This document shows positions 58,155-64,000 of a DNA stretch of 64,000 bases, in pieces. Source of the DNA: Sphingobacteriia bacterium (GTDB lineage: Bacteria > Bacteroidota > Bacteroidia > UBA7662); contig RFMW01000091.1 of the NCBI GenBank assembly GCA_009927485.1, forward strand, positions 12,319-76,318, in the 5' to 3' direction. The notes beneath the pieces were generated by a model. That model made no database searches. It was not told where the DNA came from and worked only from the letters and a program-made list of their open reading frames with translations. The translations under genes and the position numbers were made by a program. Position 1 is the stretch's first letter; each line of letters starts with the position of its first letter.

Positions 58155-59037
58155 AAATTAGGTCCAACAAGCGATTCAAGTCATCGGTATCGGTGAAGGG
58201 GATGCGGATCTCGCCCTTGCCGTTGCCCTGAACCTGCACACGCGTTGGGCTTTCAAAATGCCTGCTGAGTCGGGTTTGAACCTGAAGGTAGGGACCGGTA
58301 GCTGCGGGCATTGCTCCCGCTTTGGTTGAGGGCGAGGGAGTTCTTGGAGCGGTCAAGGCTTTGGAGGCCGCTTCCAAAGTGCGTACGCTCCATTTCCCCG
58401 CCAGGCATCGTTTGGCCAAATCCATTTGAACTTCGATGTGAGCGATCCCCGCCAAAACCTTGGCATGCCCCATTTCCAAATCTCCGTTGCGTATGGACCA
58501 TTGAATATCGGGGGGCAATTTGACCATCCTCATGTAATGGCTGACGTTGGGCCTGGACATGCCCACACGCTGACCGATTTGATCCTGATTCAAATTGCAT
58601 TCTTCTTGAAGGCGGGCCAAGGCCAAACCGATTTCGATGGGGTTGAGGTCCTTCCTTTGGAGGTTTTCAACCAAGGCCATTTCGATCATGCCCTGCTGAC
58701 CTGTATCCACCACATAAGCCGGAACCTCGGTCATCTTGAGCAAGCGTGCCGCCCGCAGTCGTCGCTCACCGGAGATCAGCTGATAGGAACCGGGTCCCAC
58801 TCTGCGTACCGTCAACGGTTGAATAATCCCCAGATGTTCAATGGATTGTTTGAGCTCATCCAGCGCTTGTTGATCAAATTGATCCCTGGGCTGGAAGGGA
58901 TTGACTTTGATTTGTTCTAAGGGGATGAATCCTTCGCGGACAGCCTGTTGGAGTACTTCTTGATCCTCGGGCGACAGGAGGGCGTTCAAGCCTCTGCCTA
59001 AAGCAAGTTTTTTGGGATTTGCTGCCATATCAATCAT
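58138..59037 (-). CDS. parB: ParB/Spo0J chromosome-partitioning protein
   Basis: GRGLNALLS. ParB box (IQPLTVRRV...[15 protein letters not shown]). HTH. 299 aa. Confidence 0.9.
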   Translation of the reverse strand: MIDMAANPKKLALGRGLNALLSPEDQEVLQQAVREGFIPLEQIKVNPFQPRDQFDQQALDELKQSIEHLGIIQPLTVRRVGPGSYQLISGERRLRAARLLKMTEVPAYVVDTGQQGMIEMALVENLQRKDLNPIEIGLALARLQEECNLNQDQIGQRVGMSRPNVSHYMRMVKLPPDIQWSIRNGDLEMGHAKVLAGIAHIEVQMDLAKRCLAGKWSVRTLEAASKALTAPRTPSPSTKAGAMPAATGPYLQVQTRLSRHFESPTRVQVQGNGKGEIRIPFTDTDDLNRLLDLIFDGTL

Positions 59038-59833
59038 TCAGGTACCGATCTTCCTCGGCGACCTGGGTGTAGTTGTTTTTTTGGAGTATTTCACGGGCTA
59101 AGTGCAAATAATTGGTGGCGCCTTTGCTCGCAGCATCATGATGTATAACCGACAAACCAAAACTGGGCGCTTCACTAAGTCGGGTGTTTCGGTGAATGAT
59201 GGTATCAAAAGTCATATGGCCCAAGTTATTGCGCACATCCTCGGCGACTTGGTTGGATAATCGCAACCGTCCATCGTACATGGTCAACAGGATTCCCTCG
59301 ATGCGTAATTCCGGGTTGAATCGGTTCTGCACAATTTTGATGGTGTTCAAGAGCTTGCCCAATCCTTCCAAAGCAAAATACTCGCATTGGACAGGGACGA
59401 TAACCGAATGGGCAGCCGTCAAGGCATTAATGGTGATAAGCCCAAGGGAAGGCGAGCAATCGATGATTACAAAATCGAAAGAATCGAGAATTCCCTCCAA
59501 TGCACTTTCGAGTATGCGTTCCCTCTGAGGACGGTTAATCATTTCAATTTCTGCACCCACCAAATCAATCGAAGCGGGGAGCATCCACAAACGTTCCGCT
59601 TGGGTTGGGATCAAGGTTTCTTTGACGCTGAGCCCATTGACCAAGCATTCGTAGATGCCGGCCTTGACGGTTTTGGGATCCGTGCCTAAGCCTGAGGTTG
59701 CATTGGCCTGGGGGTCTGCATCAATGATCAGGACCTTGTATTCCAGGATGGCCAAGGCAGAGGCCAGGTTAATGGCTGTGGTAGTCTTCCCAACTCCCCC
59801 TTTTTGGTTGGCAACTGCGATGATTTTACCCAT
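59030..59833 (-). CDS. parA: ParA/Soj chromosome-partitioning ATPase
   Basis: Deviant Walker [15 protein letters not shown]. 267 aa. 8-bp overlap with parB. Confidence 0.9.
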   Translation of the reverse strand: MGKIIAVANQKGGVGKTTTAINLASALAILEYKVLIIDADPQANATSGLGTDPKTVKAGIYECLVNGLSVKETLIPTQAERLWMLPASIDLVGAEIEMINRPQRERILESALEGILDSFDFVIIDCSPSLGLITINALTAAHSVIVPVQCEYFALEGLGKLLNTIKIVQNRFNPELRIEGILLTMYDGRLRLSNQVAEDVRNNLGHMTFDTIIHRNTRLSEAPSFGLSVIHHDAASKGATNYLHLAREILQKNNYTQVAEEDRYLND

Positions 59834-59917
59834 TGATTATCGATGTGAAGGGTGCTGGCTTCTTAGAGGTGGTTTGTTGGTCTTGGACCATGGAACAAGG
59901 GTAAATTTACCTCGTCA

Positions 59918-61591
59918 ATGATGTTCAAAGATACAACGGTGGTCCTTGCCCTGTTTCTGGGGTTTCTGGGGTTTTCGGGGCTGGCCTTTTTGGCATCCTG
60001 CCACGATGACCAACCACGAGGGATGGTATTTCACTACAACCAAGAAAGCCCCCTCTTGAGTTTGGATCCCGCTCACGCGAGGGATCAAGCTGGTAATTGG
60101 ACGGCAAAGCTGATGTACAACAGATTGGTGGAATTGAACCACGCTCAAGAACCCGTTCCCTCCTTGGCCGCCCGTTGGTCCATCGATTCCGGGGGATTGA
60201 TCTACCGGTTTACCCTGAGAGACTCGGTTTGGTTTCATCCGGATCCATGCTTCGATAAGCATAAGCGTTCAACCCGTCTTCTAAGAGCGGAAGACATTGT
60301 GTATTCCCTCAAGAGGCTCAACGATCCGGCCACCGCATCGCCAGGGGCTTGGATCTTTCGGGATCGACTAGCCCCCCGTGGAATCGTGGCCACGGATTCC
60401 TTGCATATCGAAATCCACCTGCGTTCACCTTTCCCACCAATGTTGGGTTTGCTCAGCATGGGCTATTGCTCGGTTGTAGCCCCTGAAGCGGTACGTTATT
60501 ATGCCGATAATTTTAGGTCGCATCCCGTGGGCACGGGCCCCTTTCGCTTGGCTTATTGGGAGGAGGGCGAAAGCATGGCACTGCATCGTCACCCGCATTA
60601 TTTCGAAAAAGATCACGATGGCCAAGCCATCCCCTACCTTGACGCCGTACAAATCCACTTCATTGCCGACAAAAGCACGGCGGCCATGGCCTTTCTGCAA
60701 GGTCGATTGGACGTGTATTGGGGTTGGGATGCCGCATTTCAACGTTACCTGTCGAGGTCAGCGCCTGCATTGAATCCAACTTTGGGCAAGCCTTATCAGG
60801 TTATCAAAGGGCCCTACCTTAACACAGAATACATTGGTTTCCTGATGAATCCCTTATCGCAGGCAGCGCATCCCGCCTTGCAGGATTTGCGGGTTCGCAA
60901 AGCCTTGCATCACGGAACCGACCGGCGTACCTTGGTGAGGGCCTTGCGAGGCGGAATAGGTTATCCGGCCTACGGGGGGCTGATTCCTCCGGGATTGCCC
61001 GGTTTTGATTCCAGCAATCTGGAGTCATCCCCTCTCCATCGTGATCCCTATGATCGTCAAGCAGCCCTCGGGTATTTGAAAGAGGCAGGCTACGGACCTG
61101 ATCGTCCGCTTCGCTTGTCGTTGGAAACCAATCCATCCTATGCGGATATTGCTCAATTCCTTCAAAACCAATGGGCGAGTCTTGGTGTTCAGGTCCAAAT
61201 TCGAGTCAGCCAGGGGCCTACCTTGCGCCAAATGATCAGCGGGCAAGAGGCCACCATGTTCCGGGCCAGTTGGATTGCCGATTATCCCGATGCAGAGAAT
61301 TACCTTGCCCTTGGCTACGGTCCTTATTCCGTACCCAACGGTCCTAATTATACGTGTTACAACAACTCAGTTTACGATCGCCTTTACCGCCAAGGTTTAC
61401 AAGAAAACGATCTCCAAAACCGCGTGATATTGTATCGGGAAATGGATTCCATTATGCAGCATGATCGGCCTTATTTGGCCTTGTATTACGACCAAATGCA
61501 ACATGCCCTGCAGCAGGGTTGGACCGGTTGGCAGGTTAGCCCGCTAAACCTCCCGGACTTTCGCTACCTTCGCCGCGTTCCAACCCGATAA
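59918..61591 (+). CDS. ABC transporter substrate-binding protein (family 5, peptide/nickel-type)
   Basis: Signal/lipoprotein N-terminus. SBP_bac_5-like length (557 aa) and sequence character. No permease or ATPase genes adjacent. Confidence 0.65.
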   Translation: MMFKDTTVVLALFLGFLGFSGLAFLASCHDDQPRGMVFHYNQESPLLSLDPAHARDQAGNWTAKLMYNRLVELNHAQEPVPSLAARWSIDSGGLIYRFTLRDSVWFHPDPCFDKHKRSTRLLRAEDIVYSLKRLNDPATASPGAWIFRDRLAPRGIVATDSLHIEIHLRSPFPPMLGLLSMGYCSVVAPEAVRYYADNFRSHPVGTGPFRLAYWEEGESMALHRHPHYFEKDHDGQAIPYLDAVQIHFIADKSTAAMAFLQGRLDVYWGWDAAFQRYLSRSAPALNPTLGKPYQVIKGPYLNTEYIGFLMNPLSQAAHPALQDLRVRKALHHGTDRRTLVRALRGGIGYPAYGGLIPPGLPGFDSSNLESSPLHRDPYDRQAALGYLKEAGYGPDRPLRLSLETNPSYADIAQFLQNQWASLGVQVQIRVSQGPTLRQMISGQEATMFRASWIADYPDAENYLALGYGPYSVPNGPNYTCYNNSVYDRLYRQGLQENDLQNRVILYREMDSIMQHDRPYLALYYDQMQHALQQGWTGWQVSPLNLPDFRYLRRVPTR

Positions 61592-61595
61592 GGTC

Positions 61596-62951
61596 GTGAT
61601 TCCTACCAACCGCACCCTGCTGAGGGACCATTGGGTTCTGGCTTGGCCCATCATCTTGGGGCAAATGAGCCATATGGCCCAGTCGGTGGTGGATTCGGTG
61701 ATGGTTGGTCGCCTGGGGGCCGTGCCCCTGGCCGGGGTATCGGTGGCTGTAGGGGTCTTTAACGTGCTTTTGGTTTTTGGCATCGGGTTATCCTTGGCGG
61801 TCACCACCCTAAGCGCCCATGCCCGCGGTCAAGGTGATCCCGAAGAAGGCGGCAGGGTTTTGTTGCATGGTTTTTGGGTTTGCCTTTTGGCCGGACTCTT
61901 GATGCAAGGTGTTTTGATGCTTGGCATGCCTTGGTTATCGCTGTTGAACCAAAAACCGGAGGTCGAAACGCAGATGCGGATTTACTTGCAGGCCTTGGGG
62001 TATTCCTTTTTGCCGATCATGCTTTTTCAAGCTTTTCGGCAGTTCATCGAAGGGTTGGAATGGATGAAGCCGGCGCTCATGATCGCCCTGTTGAGCATCC
62101 CCTTGAATATTGGATTGAACAGCCTATTGATTTTTGGTCGCTGGGGATTGCCGGCCCTGGGGGTTGAAGGGGCGGCCTGGGCCACGGTGATCGCCCGCTG
62201 GATGATGGCCCTGGCGATGATGGCTTATGTGCTCAATCAAAAGGAGTTAAGGATCTATTGGACGCATCGTTTCCTCCTTCGTTACGTTCGAATTCAACCG
62301 TTGTTACGTTTGATGATTTTGGGTTTGAGTTCGGCCTTTCAATTCATCTTCGAAACGTCGGCCTTTGCCGGAGCAGCGGTGGTCATTGGGTGGCTGGGGG
62401 CCGAGGCCCTGGCGGCGCATCAGGTGGCCATCAACATTGCTTCCATGAGTTTTATGGTGGCCGTTGGTATTTCCTCATCGGCATCCATTCGCATTGGGTA
62501 CGCCAGGGGCTTGGGCGATTTGGGGCTGGCCCGTCGCATTGGTTGGGTCGCCATGGGAATGACCCTGTCCTTGATGAGCCTCTGTGCCTTGGCTTTTGTG
62601 GTTTGGAACCGGGAACTTCCTGCCTTCTACGTCAACGACCCCGTCGTCCTTCGCTCGGCATCCATCCTGCTTTTGATCGCAGCGGCCTTTCAGTTGGTGG
62701 ACGGCCTGCAGGCCCTCGGGGTGGGACTCCTCCGGGGCATGGAGGATAAACGCGTCCCCACCCTCCTGGTCTTGGTGGCGTATTGGGTTGTGGCCCTTCC
62801 CCTGGGGACCTACCTGGTCCTTCACAGTTCCTATGGCTTGTATGGAATGTGGATGGCCTTGGCCGGTGGACTGCTCCTGTCGGCCATCTTCCTGATCCTG
62901 CGCTTTCTGCACCTGACCGCTGGCGCGATGTCCAAGGGGCCTCGACCTTAG
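61596..62951 (+). CDS. MATE-family efflux transporter
   Basis: 12-TM protein with NorM-like N-terminal (LAWPIILGQMSHMAQSVVDSVMVGRLG) and repeated MATE halves. 451 aa. Confidence 0.85.
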   Translation: MIPTNRTLLRDHWVLAWPIILGQMSHMAQSVVDSVMVGRLGAVPLAGVSVAVGVFNVLLVFGIGLSLAVTTLSAHARGQGDPEEGGRVLLHGFWVCLLAGLLMQGVLMLGMPWLSLLNQKPEVETQMRIYLQALGYSFLPIMLFQAFRQFIEGLEWMKPALMIALLSIPLNIGLNSLLIFGRWGLPALGVEGAAWATVIARWMMALAMMAYVLNQKELRIYWTHRFLLRYVRIQPLLRLMILGLSSAFQFIFETSAFAGAAVVIGWLGAEALAAHQVAINIASMSFMVAVGISSSASIRIGYARGLGDLGLARRIGWVAMGMTLSLMSLCALAFVVWNRELPAFYVNDPVVLRSASILLLIAAAFQLVDGLQALGVGLLRGMEDKRVPTLLVLVAYWVVALPLGTYLVLHSSYGLYGMWMALAGGLLLSAIFLILRFLHLTAGAMSKGPRP

Positions 62952-63005
62952 ACCCTGACCGACCCCCTGGAGGGTTTATAGACTCCAAAACCGCTTTTGG
63001 GTGTA

Positions 63006-63090
63006 CATTTGCGGCGGAGAGATGGCAGAGTGGTCGATTGCGGCGGTCTTGAAAACCGTTGACTGTAACAGGTCCGGGGGTTCGAATCCC
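63006..63090 (+). tRNA. tRNA-Ser (anticodon UGA), class II with long variable arm
   Basis: Acceptor GGAGAGA/TCTCTCC. Anticodon loop CT-TGA-AA. Long variable arm. T-loop GGTTCGAATCC. Discriminator G. CCA not encoded. Confidence 0.85.
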
Positions 63091-63104
63091 TCTCTCTCCG
63101 CATC

Positions 63105-63130
63105 CCAAGCCCATGCCCCCCACGGGGGCA
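63105..63130 (+). terminator. rho-independent terminator after tRNA-Ser
   Basis: GCCCCC-CAC-GGGGGC hairpin followed by TTTTTTATTT. Confidence 0.6.
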
Positions 63131-63302
63131 TTTTTTATTTGAGAATGAGCCAGGCTTGCCTGAGCGAATTCAATAAATAAAAAATGACAGGAACGAAGTT
63201 CCGGCATGGGCTGTATATGCTAGGACCTCCCCCTGGGATGTCCGAGCGCAGTGAGGACCATCCCTCTCTCTCCGCTGAGTACAGTTCGCAACTGTTCGAA
63301 AA

Positions 63303-63334
63303 GTGTGTAAGTCGTTGATTTACACACTTTTTTT
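63303..63334 (+). terminator. hairpin plus T-run (terminator-like)
   Basis: GTGTGTAA / TTACACAC 8-bp stem with 9-nt loop followed by T7. Confidence 0.4.
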
Positions 63335-63520
63335 GTTCTTTACTTTCCGAAAATGTTCGCGTTTGTACGTCGATTAGGTTTCCTTCTGGTGACCCCTTTT
63401 CAAAAATCTAAAAGGGGTACTTACAGATGCCAAAGAATATCAACACCAAAACACGCCATTTTTCCAGTTCAAACTTAGGAAAACCATAAATCCGTTATGA
63501 TGGTTTCGTTACAAACCAAA

Positions 63521-63913
63521 TTACTTAATTTGCATATCTTTTATCAAGGGCAATATCTCCAAGGACTTTTTCAAAGGAAAGAATGGAAGTGTCGTCATAA
63601 GTTGACTCACTTCGCTTTCTGTTCGATCTTTAAAAATCAATACTGCACCATTTTTGGTAGGCCTTAAATACAACTGTTCCAAAAATCCCTCCTGTTTCCA
63701 TTGCGCTACCACTTCGCGCTCATGATTAAGAATCTCTTGAAAGTTATCGGGTATGTTGTCCATGTCCAAGGTTAGAACAACTAAAATTCTGCTTTCGTTT
63801 TTTTGTACTTCGGATTGTTCCATATTATTTCTATTTGACTGGGAGTAGATATTGTATGAAGAGAACAATATCACCATTGGTAATATTATCAACACCCTGA
63901 TTGTGCTATTCAT
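63521..63913 (-). CDS. secreted muconolactone-isomerase-like / Dabb-fold family protein (low-GC gene)
   Basis: Signal peptide. Pattern ...GFLEQLYLRPTKNGAVLIF...SEVSQLMTTLPFFP resembles the MLI/YciI-like fold. Sits in an AT-rich block after tRNA-Ser. Confidence 0.35.
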   Translation of the reverse strand: MNSTIRVLIILPMVILFSSYNIYSQSNRNNMEQSEVQKNESRILVVLTLDMDNIPDNFQEILNHEREVVAQWKQEGFLEQLYLRPTKNGAVLIFKDRTESEVSQLMTTLPFFPLKKSLEILPLIKDMQIK

Positions 63914-64000
63914 TATTTATTGTTTAACAGTCTATTGCGTAATTCTGGAAAGCGAAAGATAGCGATGACAAAAAGCATAACTTGTATTATACAAGGCGCT

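Noticed and set aside
58138-59833. parA-parB as an indicator of oriC in the window
   Set aside because: No dnaA, dnaN or DnaA-box cluster nearby. In Bacteroidota parAB-DUF5683-dapB is a conserved block that need not flank the origin.
63076-63275. CT-rich 'ctctctctc' runs considered as a microsatellite or CRISPR-like repeat
   Set aside because: The first copy is the tRNA-Ser acceptor stem and the second is a single direct repeat of it. There is no spacer-repeat periodicity and no array.

Overview
The window is a gene-dense, about 55% GC chromosomal segment that looks like Bacteroidota (Cytophagia/Saprospiria-like). Supporting signals are T9SS type-A and type-B (CHU_C/gliding) C-terminal sorting domains, the Bacteroidetes-specific families DUF3276, DUF1573 and DUF5683, a long-form NusB, and an exbB-exbD-tonB cluster. 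Almost everything is core housekeeping: mnmA, dapD, msrA, leucine dehydrogenase, nusB, yajC, coaE, rsmB, gyrA, folC, rnhA, rdgB, ilvE, two M16 peptidases, ddl, nifS/iscS, glmM, dapF, htrA, lepA, folD, queE, kdsA, ruvB, dapB and parAB. There is no ordinary accessory island, CRISPR array or recognisable defence system.

Observations worth a second look:
1. A 915-aa protein made of two complete D-Ala-D-Ala-ligase-like ATP-grasp units in tandem, sitting in the canonical ddl-PASTA locus. It carries an in-frame 18-bp perfect tandem duplication.
2. Two neighbouring housekeeping genes (cysteine desulfurase and glmM) are each broken by a single-nucleotide homopolymer frameshift. Either they are real pseudogenes or the assembly has homopolymer errors.
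3. An operon with a W-rich lipoprotein (MbnP-like by context) followed by two paralogous MauG/MbnH-type di-haem cytochrome c peroxidases.
4. An unannotated type-A RNase P RNA (rnpB) in the 404-bp gap after the phosphohexomutase gene.
5. An NtrC-type sigma54 activator whose GAFTGA motif is degenerate, located next to two tandem T9SS type-B adhesin-like paralogs.
6. A tRNA-Ser(UGA) whose 3' 16 bp recur as a direct repeat 168 bp downstream, followed by an abrupt drop in GC. This looks like the edge of an integrated element that continues past the window end.

No tools were run. Homopolymer counts were read by eye and family assignments rest on recognised motifs.
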